Source: Kiritimatiellia bacterium (GTDB lineage: Bacteria; Verrucomicrobiota; Kiritimatiellia; RFP12; UBA1067). From it: a stretch of 64,000 bases of DNA. How positions within the stretch are numbered: position 1 is the first letter of the stretch; every line of letters starts with the position of its first letter. Below are positions 40,118-49,784 of the stretch, piece by piece. Position numbers and translations under genes: made by a program. Location of the stretch: the NCBI GenBank assembly GCA_050949565.1, contig JBMNFY010000007.1, positions 190,973-254,972 of the forward strand, given 5' to 3'. The notes below the pieces were generated by a model that ran no database searches, had not been told where the DNA came from, and was given only the letters and a program-made list of their open reading frames with translations.

Positions 40118-41377
40118 ATGACGATTGATTTGCGTTTTACCGGCCTTTTGCTGTTACTCATCCTCGCTTGCACGACCGTGCGTGGCGACGCCGCCAATCA
40201 GACGATCCAGTGGCGTTCGCTGAAGCAGGTCCAACGCTCGCTGGGAATCACCAATCACCTGTGGGACGGTGAGACGATCTGCTTTTCCAATAGCCAAGAT
40301 GTGCTCCGGTTTTATCCGGGACGCCGCAAAGCCGAAGTGAACGGCACAGTGATCTGGCTCAGTGCGCCCGCCGAGGGCTCCATCACCGATGGAAGTTGGG
40401 GGTTGGCCGCTATAGATCTCGACTTCCTGAAATTGTCGGTTCTGCCACGGCCTCCAGACAACGCGCATGAGCCGTTGCGAGTCCTGCTCGATCCCGGTCA
40501 CGGCGGCGACGATGAAGGGGCGCGGTGTCCCGATCCGTTGGTGAAAGAAAAAGACCTGACGCTGGCCCTCGCCAAACGGATCGGCGCGCAGTTGAAAAAA
40601 GAGGGTCTGCACGTCGATTACACGCGGACGCGCGATGTCACCCTCTCGCTTGAAGCCCGCTCCCGGCTCGCACGCACCAAAAAGGCGGACCTTTTTATCA
40701 GCATCCACGCCAATCATGCCCGAAATCACAATGCGTCCGGTGTGGAGACTTACGTATTGCCGCCGAGCGGTTATCCCGGCACAGCCGAAGGCTCGCGTGT
40801 TCGCGGCTGGCAGATCGGCAACCGCAACGATTTTCATAACACCCTATTGGGATTCTCGATCCACCGGCATCTGGCGGCCACGCCGAAGACGATTGACCGC
40901 GGCCTCAAACGGCAGTCCTTTTTCGTGCTGCGTGAGACCAGTTGTCCGGCTGTTCTGCTGGAGTTTGGCTTCCTCTCCAACACCGGCGAGGCCCGCCGCA
41001 TGTTGCGTACCGATTGGCAGGAACAAAGTTGCGCGGCGGTGGTCGAGGGCGTTCTGGCCTATGCACGCAGCGTCAAGGCGCTGGATCGTGCAGTAGCGGA
41101 AAAACGTGCGCGTGACGCCGAAAACAATGAACGCTGGCGCAAGCATCTTGCGGCACAGGCCGCCCGCGCGGCAGCCGAGGCTGAAGCCCGGACTACGCGA
41201 CAACTGGCCGCCATCACGCCGCCAGTCGCCGCGCCTTTGCTGACCGAACCCAACACCGCGTTGTCAAACACAGTAGTGGCATCGGCCATCTCCATAACCC
41301 AACAACCGGGCACTAACTCAGCGCCGCTTCAAGTTGATACCCTGCTTGAGTTTTATGCTCCCGATAAGGTACAATGA
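40118..41377 (+). CDS. N-acetylmuramoyl-L-alanine amidase (Amidase_3)
   Basis: LDPGHGGDD, EKDLTL, ADLFISIHAN, GVETY, PAVLLEFGFLSN; AAGGAG RBS. Confidence 0.92.
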   Translation: MTIDLRFTGLLLLLILACTTVRGDAANQTIQWRSLKQVQRSLGITNHLWDGETICFSNSQDVLRFYPGRRKAEVNGTVIWLSAPAEGSITDGSWGLAAIDLDFLKLSVLPRPPDNAHEPLRVLLDPGHGGDDEGARCPDPLVKEKDLTLALAKRIGAQLKKEGLHVDYTRTRDVTLSLEARSRLARTKKADLFISIHANHARNHNASGVETYVLPPSGYPGTAEGSRVRGWQIGNRNDFHNTLLGFSIHRHLAATPKTIDRGLKRQSFFVLRETSCPAVLLEFGFLSNTGEARRMLRTDWQEQSCAAVVEGVLAYARSVKALDRAVAEKRARDAENNERWRKHLAAQAARAAAEAEARTTRQLAAITPPVAAPLLTEPNTALSNTVVASAISITQQPGTNSAPLQVDTLLEFYAPDKVQ

Positions 41378-41380
41378 GCC

Positions 41381-43180
41381 ATGCAAAACAAACATGACCC
41401 CGATACTCCCGTTGTTTCAACGCCCGTAGCGAAGCGAACATTGATCAACACCATTTTACTCGCCAGCGCGGTTTTCCTGATCCCGGTGTTGATCGGCCTG
41501 CTTTTCGTCATGGTCTCGCACCGCCTCTCACCCCGTCCGGTTGCGCCGGACGCGGACTCCTGCGCTCAACTCACCAACCAACTCCATGACGGCAGTGTCA
41601 CCCAGGCAACGCAACTCGCCAGTTTGCGACGCGAATTCCGCGGGACTGGCTTGGCAACGGATGACGTGGACATCAAGCTCTGGGCGACGCGCGCGCAGGA
41701 ACCCGAAACGCTCTTCAGTGTGGCGCCCCCCACTCCAGAAAAACGGTGGAACTGGCACCTTTCACAAGACGGGCTTTTCGCTCTGGCGGTCTCAGTGCAA
41801 ATTGACCACCTTGACCAGCGTGATGTCGGCCTCTTTGACCTCATCCGTGAGGAGTGGGTGTGGACCAAGACATTGCCATGGCCCGAAACCCATGAGACCC
41901 CACACGTCTTCGGACGTAACCTCATTCTGCGCTATGTGAAAAACGCAGCCTTTTTCGCACTGGAAATCGATCCTAGCGGCACGATCGTGAGTATCGACAG
42001 ATTGCGCGCCAAGACCTTCGAGATTCCAGCACCCCCGCCAGCGTTCCCGAACATTGCGGGGCAACCCGTAGGTATCCGCCATGGCGTTTATTTCGCAGCC
42101 GACCCCCAAACCGGAAAGCTGAACGGTTATGCGCCAACGCTATTGCCCGGCTTACACGATGTCGGGCCGTATCATATCGGCACCGTTTTGTCAGGGAATG
42201 GACTGCTGCTGTTTCGTGCATTCAACGGCCGTGTGACCGTGTCGGACACGTTAACGGGCACGCTCCTGCAAACATTCGATGCTTGGCCGCACACGACCAA
42301 CACGGTGGTGACCGGCGCGCTGGCGACGGGGGACGGCTCCGGTCTCACGGTTTTTCTCCAGACCGAGTTCGACGGCACGCCGCCGGTCCGCCGCGAGTGG
42401 AGTGTCGCCATCGACGTCTATGCGGGGACCGTCAAGCGCAGCTTTAACGCCGACGCGCTTTTCGCCAAGCCCTCCACTGCCGAAACCCGCAGCGCCATGA
42501 CCCCGGACGGCCGCTGGGTGCTCGCCGTCGATACGGCCAACGCCCTGACGATCAGTCCGGCGGAAACCTCTGACCGCCCATCCGTCAGCATCCCGCTGGA
42601 CAAGGTCGGCATCAGCGACACCATTCGTCACATTGCTTTCTTGGAGCAGGGCCGCTACCTGCAGATGCGCAGCGACACCCACATGTGGTTACTCGATTTC
42701 AAACAGGCCCGCACCTATGGCGGTCTGACGGCCCGCATCGCCACAAGCAGCCGCACGATCCCCCCGGAAGCGTATCAGGTTCCCCCCGCACGTTCCGAGC
42801 CCGACGCCATGCTTGCTGTCTCGGAAAAAGGATACGGCGAACAAGCGCCCTTTGACCCGGATGATCTGGCACACAGTTTCGATGCTGATGCCACAGCCCC
42901 CTCCTACTTGGCTCTGCGCGCCGAGTTCTGTATCGCGAACCAAGCGTGGGGCTATGCCGCTGGCATGCTTGAAGAGATGGCTCGCCTGCAAGAATACGAC
43001 GTGCGTGCTCCGCGCATCAACCCGCTGCTGGCTTCACGCTGCCAGATCATGGCCGGACGGCCCAACCAAGCGCGCACAATCTGCAGCGAGGCACTACAGT
43101 CCTTGATCAGACGCCCTGACACCACCCCGCGCATGATCCTCTACCATCTGCAGGGGTTGCTCTTCGCACAGCCCGAATGA
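41381..43180 (+). CDS. Membrane-anchored hypothetical protein (possible beta-propeller)
   Basis: N-terminal TM helix; S/T-x-D-G turn motifs; tight spacing after the amidase. Confidence 0.65.
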   Translation: MQNKHDPDTPVVSTPVAKRTLINTILLASAVFLIPVLIGLLFVMVSHRLSPRPVAPDADSCAQLTNQLHDGSVTQATQLASLRREFRGTGLATDDVDIKLWATRAQEPETLFSVAPPTPEKRWNWHLSQDGLFALAVSVQIDHLDQRDVGLFDLIREEWVWTKTLPWPETHETPHVFGRNLILRYVKNAAFFALEIDPSGTIVSIDRLRAKTFEIPAPPPAFPNIAGQPVGIRHGVYFAADPQTGKLNGYAPTLLPGLHDVGPYHIGTVLSGNGLLLFRAFNGRVTVSDTLTGTLLQTFDAWPHTTNTVVTGALATGDGSGLTVFLQTEFDGTPPVRREWSVAIDVYAGTVKRSFNADALFAKPSTAETRSAMTPDGRWVLAVDTANALTISPAETSDRPSVSIPLDKVGISDTIRHIAFLEQGRYLQMRSDTHMWLLDFKQARTYGGLTARIATSSRTIPPEAYQVPPARSEPDAMLAVSEKGYGEQAPFDPDDLAHSFDADATAPSYLALRAEFCIANQAWGYAAGMLEEMARLQEYDVRAPRINPLLASRCQIMAGRPNQARTICSEALQSLIRRPDTTPRMILYHLQGLLFAQPE

Positions 43181-43248
43181 CGGGATGGGCATCCCATGCA
43201 TCAACGACCGCAGATGGCGATAGAAAACGCCCTCGTATTTGTTCTAGT

Positions 43249-43276
43249 TTGCCGGAGCGCTGAATTATGCTAAAAT
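43249..43276 (+). promoter_or_regulatory. Putative promoter for a leaderless panB transcript
   Basis: TTGCCG-N16-TAAAAT with extended TG; ATG 6 nt after the -10 box; no SD. Confidence 0.5.
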
Positions 43277-43282
43277 GCCGGT

Positions 43283-44089
43283 ATGAAAAAGTGGAATGCA
43301 GCCTCAATCAAGGCCGCGAAGGGCGTGCACAAGCTCGCCTGCCTGACGGCCTATGACACCGGCAGCGCACGGCTGGCCGATGCGGCGGGCATCGCGCTAT
43401 TGCTGGTCGGCGATTCGCTCGGCATGACGGTCTTGGGTTATGACTCGACGTTACCGGTCACCATGGCGGACATGCTCCACCACACTGCGGCGGTTACGCG
43501 CGGCGTGACCTCCGCGATGGTTGTCGCAGACATGCCTTTTCTCTCCTACCAGATCAACCTCGAAGAGGCGTTTCGTAACGCCGGCCGCTTCATCCAAGAG
43601 GCCGGCGCTGACGCCGTAAAAATCGAGGGCGGCGCGATCCGCGCCGAGTTGGTGCGGACGCTCACGGAAAACGGTATACCGGTTCTGGGCCACATCGGCC
43701 TTACACCTCAGTCCATCAATGTGCTGGGCGGTTACAAAGTTCAGGGCAAGACACACGAGGCGCGCGACCGCCTGATTGAAGACGCTCAGGCGTTAGCCGA
43801 AGCTGGCGCATTTGCCATCGTGCTGGAGTGCACACCGTCCGATATCGGTGCCGCTGTCACCGCAGCAGTTCCGGTGCCGGTCATCAGTGTAGGCGCGGGG
43901 CCGGAGTGCGACGGGCAGATGCTGGTGATGCACGACATGCTCGGCCTGACCGAACGTGCACCGAAATTTGTCAAACCATACGCCTCGCTTGCCACGACAA
44001 TGCGCGACGCCTTTGCCGCGTATGCTGCCGAGGTCGAGGCGGGTTCCTTCCCGGCACCGGAACACTGTTACGCCTCCGCCCCTTCCTGA
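43283..44089 (+). CDS. panB: 3-methyl-2-oxobutanoate hydroxymethyltransferase
   Basis: LTAYD, LVGDSLGM, VADMPF, VKIEGG, GHIGLTPQS, GAFAIVLE, DGQMLV..DMLG. Confidence 0.96.
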   Translation: MKKWNAASIKAAKGVHKLACLTAYDTGSARLADAAGIALLLVGDSLGMTVLGYDSTLPVTMADMLHHTAAVTRGVTSAMVVADMPFLSYQINLEEAFRNAGRFIQEAGADAVKIEGGAIRAELVRTLTENGIPVLGHIGLTPQSINVLGGYKVQGKTHEARDRLIEDAQALAEAGAFAIVLECTPSDIGAAVTAAVPVPVISVGAGPECDGQMLVMHDMLGLTERAPKFVKPYASLATTMRDAFAAYAAEVEAGSFPAPEHCYASAPS

Positions 44090-44099
44090 AGAGTACCCC

Positions 44100-45494
44100 A
44101 TGCGTTCACCTCGTGAAGACATCGTGATCACCGGCCTGTCATGCCGCTTCGCTGAAACGCCGAATCTGGCCGCTTTCTGGCGGAACGTCATGCAGCGGCG
44201 TGCGTTGTTCACGCCTCTGGACGAGCCCCCTGCCGGGGACCCGACGCTCTTCGACCGCCCCTACCCTGCGGCCGCCGCACAGCTCGGCGACCTTTATGCC
44301 TGTACACCGGCCGACCAGTACTTTCCGCGCACGATCAACGCTGGTGAGAATCAAGATGTCTTCTTCACAGTCCAACTTGCAATCGATGCGTTACGCGACA
44401 GCGGCAGCACCATCAGTAGCCTGCCCACAGACCGTATCTCCTTCCGTCTAGGGTATGCGCCGCCCTTCAATACCGCTTCGGTCAACTGGTTGCAGCACAC
44501 CTTCTTCCTCGATCAGACGCTGGACATCCTAGCGAAATTTTTCCCGGTCGCCGGACCTGAGCAACTCGGAGAAATCCGCCGTCAGCTTGCTGCTGCCCTG
44601 CCGACCCCCAATCCGTACGCGTTCCTGTCGGCGCTGGGCAGTGTCATCGCATCCTGGACCGCGCACCTGCTGGGTCTCGCCGGGCCGGCCTTCGTGGTGG
44701 ACGCCGGCACCGTCTCCGGCCATCAAGCCCTGCAAGGCGCGATGGACGACTTGCTCACGCGTCGCGCTGACATCGCCCTAGCCGGTGCCGTGCAGCCGCC
44801 GCTCAACCGGCCGGTACTGCTGGGTCTCTCCGGCACCCTGCCCTTCTCGCGCAAAAAAAACCTTCAGGCCTTTAGCCGCGAGACGGATGGCACGCTACCC
44901 GGCGAGGGGGGCGCCGTGTTTGTGCTTAAACGTCTCAAGGATGCCTTGCGTACCGGCGACCGCATCTACGCCATCATCCGCAGTACCGGCATCGCCGCAG
45001 CCTCGATCGACCAGCACCAACGTGTGCCGACGCCGGAACGCCTGACCCGCGCCATCAGCCGCGCCATGCACACCGCCGATGTCACCCCCGACACCGTTCA
45101 GTTGCTTGAGGCGCACGGCTCCGGTATCCCGCATTCTGATCAGACTGAAGTCCAAGTGATGCAGGAGATTTTCGGTGAACGTCGTGCGGGACAGCCGTTG
45201 GTCGGCGTCGGATCGGTCAAAGGAAACATCGGGCATACACTTTGGGCGGCCGGTGCCGCCGGCATCCTGAAAGCCGCGCTCGCGCTTTCACATCGCGTAC
45301 TGCCGCCGCACGTCTCCGTCGACAAACCGAACCCCCGCATCCTCTCGGCCAAATCGCCGATCTACCTGCTTTCCGACGCGCGTCCGTGGCTACGAGGCAA
45401 CAAAAAGAATCCGTGTCGTGCCTGCGTCGCTGCAATTGATTTTTCCGGCACCTGCGCTGCCGCCATTCTCGAAGAGTACCCGGAGGAGACATGA
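44100..45494 (+). CDS. Stand-alone type I PKS-like ketosynthase lacking the catalytic Cys
   Basis: IVITGLSCRF, FWRN, VVDAGTVSG (cf. DxAC), DGTLPGEGG, LKRL.DA...GDRIYA, EAHGSG, GSVKGNIGH. Confidence 0.85.
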   Translation: MRSPREDIVITGLSCRFAETPNLAAFWRNVMQRRALFTPLDEPPAGDPTLFDRPYPAAAAQLGDLYACTPADQYFPRTINAGENQDVFFTVQLAIDALRDSGSTISSLPTDRISFRLGYAPPFNTASVNWLQHTFFLDQTLDILAKFFPVAGPEQLGEIRRQLAAALPTPNPYAFLSALGSVIASWTAHLLGLAGPAFVVDAGTVSGHQALQGAMDDLLTRRADIALAGAVQPPLNRPVLLGLSGTLPFSRKKNLQAFSRETDGTLPGEGGAVFVLKRLKDALRTGDRIYAIIRSTGIAAASIDQHQRVPTPERLTRAISRAMHTADVTPDTVQLLEAHGSGIPHSDQTEVQVMQEIFGERRAGQPLVGVGSVKGNIGHTLWAAGAAGILKAALALSHRVLPPHVSVDKPNPRILSAKSPIYLLSDARPWLRGNKKNPCRACVAAIDFSGTCAAAILEEYPEET

Positions 45495-48400
45495 CCGGCC
45501 GCATCCACCTCTATGATCCATTCGATTGCGAGCTGTGCCTCATCGGTGCGCCTGACGACACCCGGCTGACCGAGGAGGTCAAACGAATCATTCACTTCCT
45601 TGAACATGCGCCGGAGGTCTCGCTACAGGACGTCGCCTACACCTGCGCCTGTTCCGCGCGCCGCATGCCTGCCGTGCTGGCGGTCGTCGCTGCCTCGGTC
45701 ACTGATCTTCGTGACCGCTTGGTGCTGGCTCACAAGAAGCTGTCCGAAAATGCCGGACGAATCCGCGACAGAAGCGGCACCTACTTCTTCCGTGACCACC
45801 TCTGTCCGCGCGGGCGCGTCGCTTTCCTGTTTCCCGGTGCCGTCTCGTTTTATCCCGATATGCTGCGCGATCTCTGCCTGGCTTTCGAGGACTGCCGAAG
45901 CGCCTTTGATGAGTTGGAGGAGGCGCTTCAGACGGATGACAATCGAACCTTCTCTCCGCCTGATTACATCTTCCCTCCCGCCGCCTGTTATCGCAACAAC
46001 ATCGACACCTTCTCGGCACAGGCCTTCTCCGAATCATTCATCGCCGTCCACGCCGCCAACACTGCGCTCTTCCGCCTGTTCGACCGCATGGGCGTGATTC
46101 CTGACGGCCTAGCCGGATTTAGCGGCGGCGACTTCGCCGCGCTCGAAGTCGCCGGCGTCTACGGCGAACTCTCACGCAACAAACGCATCATGTTCATGCG
46201 CGAGGGCTATCAAATGCTGAGTCGTCTGGTAGAGCGCGAAGACTTGCCGGCCTGCGTCATGCTTTCGTTGATCGACGCGCCGCGCGAGACGCTCGACGCG
46301 TTAATGAAGGCCCATCCCGGCCGGATCGCGCTGTTCTGTTTTCACAGTCCGCGCCAGCAGACCATCGCGATCTCGCCCCAGATCCAGAAAGAGGTCACCG
46401 CCACACTTCAAAAGGTCGGCGTGCGGACCGTGACCGTGCCCATCGACCGGCCTTTCAATACGCCTTGGTGCAGCAAGGTGCTGCCACCCATCAAGCAGTT
46501 CCTTGCGCATTGGGTACGCCATGCACCCAACATCCCGGTCTACTCCTGCGCAACCGCCGAGCGTCTGCCGGCGAAGCCACGCACTATCCAAAATCTCACC
46601 GTCGACCAATGGACCGCGCCAATTCTCTTTGAGGATACAATCCGCCAGATGTATGCCGATGGCTTCCGTGTCTTCATCGAACTTGGTGCACGTGGCAACA
46701 TGACCACCGCCATTGATGAAACCCTCAAGGGACAACCGCATCAAGCTGTGGCCGTCGACCGCATTCACCGCTCGGGGCTGACCCAGCTCCACCATGCCCT
46801 CGGTCTGCTGGCCGCGCAGGGCGTGCCGATCGACCTCTCAATGCTCCACCGCCATCGCCGCAGCCGCATGCTCGACTTCAACCGTCCGCTCTCGGTCGTC
46901 ACGCGCACGGAAAATGAATTGCGCCTCTCCGCCCGGCTGCCAACACTCACCCCCTTCGCCCCGCCAGGTGAATTCCTGATCTCTTCGCGTACCACCCCCG
47001 AACAGGCGCGCAAGGTCGCGCCAGCGATCACCGAAAGACGTGGTTTTGATTTCGGAGCCGACTTCCCCATGCTGACTAACGCTTCGATCCTCGAAGAGCA
47101 GGCCGGCGTCACAATGACAATCGCCAAAACACTGACCCTGGAGGACTATCCCTTCCTGCGTGACTATGCGCTCGGTACCTCGCAACTCTCCTACGCCAAT
47201 CCCGGTCTCAAGGGGCTGACCCTACTCTCCTTAATCTCCAGCCTTGAAATGATGTGCGAGGCCGCTCGCAAACTGGTGCCGCGTCGCCGTGTCGCGCAAG
47301 TCCACAACCTGCGCGCGCAGCGTTGGGTCGGTTTTGAACGCGGTTCGTTGCATGTCATCCTGCGTGCCGAACGCATCTCTTGGCCCGACTCAAGCTACAC
47401 GGCCGTACGCGTTCAACTCCGTGATGACACGCCCAACAGCGCCTTCACCTGGCCGATTGTCGAGGCAATCATCCTGCTGACCGCCACCAGTCCCGCCCCC
47501 CCCTCGATCCAACCGCCACCACTCTCGCACCCGCGCTCGGTCAACTGGTCCGGCCACGACATCTATCCCGATCGCCTCTTCCATGGTGAAAGTCTGCGCA
47601 TTGTGCGCCATGTGGATATCTGGAGCGAAGAAGGCATCGACTTTGAAGTTGAAGTGCCTGGTCGCTCCAATGCCGTCAGACACACCAAGATTCCGCTCTT
47701 CTCCATCTGGCCCATGCTACTGGATGGTATCGTCTCGACCTTCTCGCTGTGGCGAGCACACGAGAAATTTGCCGGTGCCATTTCCATACCCTTCCGTGCG
47801 CGCCGTATCATTTTCCACGCCAACACCTTCGCTGAGGGTGCTCGCTTGCGCGGCTACCTCCGTTTGATCTCGGTCACGCCGCGTTCGCATGTGGCCGACA
47901 TCCAAATCTCCGACGGCAACGGCAACTTGCTTATCCACTTCCGCGGCTGGGAGGAACTGTGCGAACGTGTCCCTCCGGAGTACCACCAGTTCATCCTGCG
48001 CCCCTCAGAGCAATACCTGACCCGTGAACTACCTGTGGAACTGCTGGGTAACCCCACCACGCCCGTCGCCGCCTCAGTCGCCACCGACGTACCGTTCAAT
48101 ATCTTCGAGCACAATCAGGAACTCTGGCTCAAGACACTCGCCCATGTGGTGCTCTCGCCGGTCGAACGCGAAGAGTGGCTCGAAATGCAAGGCGCCACCA
48201 ATCGGCGTGTCGAGTGGCTCTTCGGACGCGCCGCCGCCAAAGAAGCCACGCGACGTTTCCTGATCAAACACCATCAAGCACGCTGGACCAACGCCGACAT
48301 CCCAATCTGGCCCGACGACTCGGGCAAGCCCCACCCGCTGGGGCCTTGGAGCGAACACACCTCTACCAAGATCGACCTCTCGATCACCCACACCTCAAAG

Positions 48401-48802
48401 CTGATCATTGCCGCAGTCGCCGCCAATGCCCGCATCGGTATCGACATCGAAATCCTCGGCCGTGTCCTCAGCGAAGATTTTACCCGCGGCGTCTTCACGC
48501 ACGAGGAATTGGAACTGGCCGCCCACACGGGTGAAGCCCCGGTCACAATCCTGCGCTTCTGGTGTGCCAAGGAGGCCATCTCCAAAGCGCTGGGCACCGG
48601 CATCCGTTACAGTCCGCAAGACCTGCGTATCACGGCCATCGACGCGGTGACCGGCTGGCTTCAGATCGAACTGCTTGGTCAGTGGCTGGAGCCCTTCAAA
48701 CAATTGAAGGGACGCAAAAACCCCATTTACACCACACTCTATGAAGGGCACGCAGTCGCCACCTGTCTGTTGCCGGCCTCCCTTTTTGAAAAACCGGAAT
48801 AG
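45491..48802 (+). CDS. PKS-like linker-AT-DH(double hot-dog)-phosphopantetheinyl transferase fusion
   Basis: VAFLFPG, GFSGG, GFRVFIELG (AT); PFLRDY, LFHG, PMLLD (DH-like); GKP, SITH, GIDIE, FWCAKEAISKALGTG (PPTase); ATGA overlap with the KS gene. Confidence 0.82.
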   Translation: MTGRIHLYDPFDCELCLIGAPDDTRLTEEVKRIIHFLEHAPEVSLQDVAYTCACSARRMPAVLAVVAASVTDLRDRLVLAHKKLSENAGRIRDRSGTYFFRDHLCPRGRVAFLFPGAVSFYPDMLRDLCLAFEDCRSAFDELEEALQTDDNRTFSPPDYIFPPAACYRNNIDTFSAQAFSESFIAVHAANTALFRLFDRMGVIPDGLAGFSGGDFAALEVAGVYGELSRNKRIMFMREGYQMLSRLVEREDLPACVMLSLIDAPRETLDALMKAHPGRIALFCFHSPRQQTIAISPQIQKEVTATLQKVGVRTVTVPIDRPFNTPWCSKVLPPIKQFLAHWVRHAPNIPVYSCATAERLPAKPRTIQNLTVDQWTAPILFEDTIRQMYADGFRVFIELGARGNMTTAIDETLKGQPHQAVAVDRIHRSGLTQLHHALGLLAAQGVPIDLSMLHRHRRSRMLDFNRPLSVVTRTENELRLSARLPTLTPFAPPGEFLISSRTTPEQARKVAPAITERRGFDFGADFPMLTNASILEEQAGVTMTIAKTLTLEDYPFLRDYALGTSQLSYANPGLKGLTLLSLISSLEMMCEAARKLVPRRRVAQVHNLRAQRWVGFERGSLHVILRAERISWPDSSYTAVRVQLRDDTPNSAFTWPIVEAIILLTATSPAPPSIQPPPLSHPRSVNWSGHDIYPDRLFHGESLRIVRHVDIWSEEGIDFEVEVPGRSNAVRHTKIPLFSIWPMLLDGIVSTFSLWRAHEKFAGAISIPFRARRIIFHANTFAEGARLRGYLRLISVTPRSHVADIQISDGNGNLLIHFRGWEELCERVPPEYHQFILRPSEQYLTRELPVELLGNPTTPVAASVATDVPFNIFEHNQELWLKTLAHVVLSPVEREEWLEMQGATNRRVEWLFGRAAAKEATRRFLIKHHQARWTNADIPIWPDDSGKPHPLGPWSEHTSTKIDLSITHTSKLIIAAVAANARIGIDIEILGRVLSEDFTRGVFTHEELELAAHTGEAPVTILRFWCAKEAISKALGTGIRYSPQDLRITAIDAVTGWLQIELLGQWLEPFKQLKGRKNPIYTTLYEGHAVATCLLPASLFEKPE

Positions 48803-48808
48803 GACGAC

Positions 48809-49567
48809 ATGCGTCTGTTGCTTCACAACATTCAATACGGAACCGGACGGCTGCGCCGCTTCGCTTGGCTGGAAACCCTCACGCGCAGCACGCGGCACTT
48901 CCCCAACATCACGCGCTTCCTGCGCCACATGGATCCTGACATCATCGGGCTTGTGGAAGTAGACGCCGGTTCATTCCGTACAGAGCACAAAAACCAAGCC
49001 GAAGAACTGGCCAACGATCTCGATTACTACCATTGCCACCGCGTGAAATATCCGGACAACGGCCTCGGTCGCCGTGTACCGGTTCTTAACAAACAAGCCA
49101 ATGCCGTCCTCTCACGCGAACCGATCTTGCGTTCTGCCTTCCACGACTTCGACACCGGCTTTAAGAGTCTGGCGATTGAGGTGGAGTTAGAGCAAGTCAC
49201 ATTTTTCCTCGTGCACCTCGCCCTCGGAACGCGTGCCCGGCAACGCCAACTCGGCGACCTCTACGACCTGGTCCAAGGTTGCGACAAGCCGCGTCTGGTG
49301 GCGGGCGACTTCAATACCCTCACCGGCGTTTGGGAGATGCGCATGTTCCTACGCGCAACCGGTCTCAAGAGCGCCAACACGCGCCACGCCCCCACCTTCC
49401 CGAGTTGGGCGCCGTGTCGCGAGTTGGATTTTATCTGCCACGACCCCTCCATCACCCCGATCCGCTTCAAAATCCCCCGCGTGCGGCTCTCCGACCACCT
49501 GCCGCTGATGTTCGATTTCGAACCACCCGACACACCCCGGCAGCCGCCGCAAGATGGCACCCACTGA
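48809..49567 (+). CDS. Endonuclease/exonuclease/phosphatase (EEP) family protein
   Basis: HNI, DPDIIGLVEVD, NAVLS, VHL, VAGDFN, TFPS, LDFI, SDHLP. Confidence 0.88.
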   Translation: MRLLLHNIQYGTGRLRRFAWLETLTRSTRHFPNITRFLRHMDPDIIGLVEVDAGSFRTEHKNQAEELANDLDYYHCHRVKYPDNGLGRRVPVLNKQANAVLSREPILRSAFHDFDTGFKSLAIEVELEQVTFFLVHLALGTRARQRQLGDLYDLVQGCDKPRLVAGDFNTLTGVWEMRMFLRATGLKSANTRHAPTFPSWAPCRELDFICHDPSITPIRFKIPRVRLSDHLPLMFDFEPPDTPRQPPQDGTH

Positions 49568-49597
49568 ATCGTCTTCTGCGCCGTGCGCGGCGTCGGC

Positions 49598-49758
49598 ATT
49601 TAGGATTTAGGGGGTAGGAGTTAGGATTTTTACTTGAGCGTTGAAAGTTGAGAGTTGAATGTTGAATGTTTTTTGGCGAGAGTCCCCACGAGCCGCTGGG
49701 GCGCGGCAATGGAGGGCGAGTGTCCCCACGAGCCGCCACCCGCTGTGTGGAAGGATAG
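49598..49758. repeat. Repeat mosaic: two heptamer arrays and two RAYT-family REPs
   Basis: (atttagg)n, (ttgaRNg)n 49634-49670, REP 49675-49695 and 49710-49735 with tail ccgctgtgtggaaggatag. Confidence 0.78.
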
Positions 49759-49784
49759 CTTGTGGATGTATTCGGACTTTTACA

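Noticed and set aside
44100-48802. Functional canonical PKS/PUFA synthase cluster
   Set aside because: No ACP, KR or ER, and key catalytic residues are substituted; reported instead as a non-canonical system.
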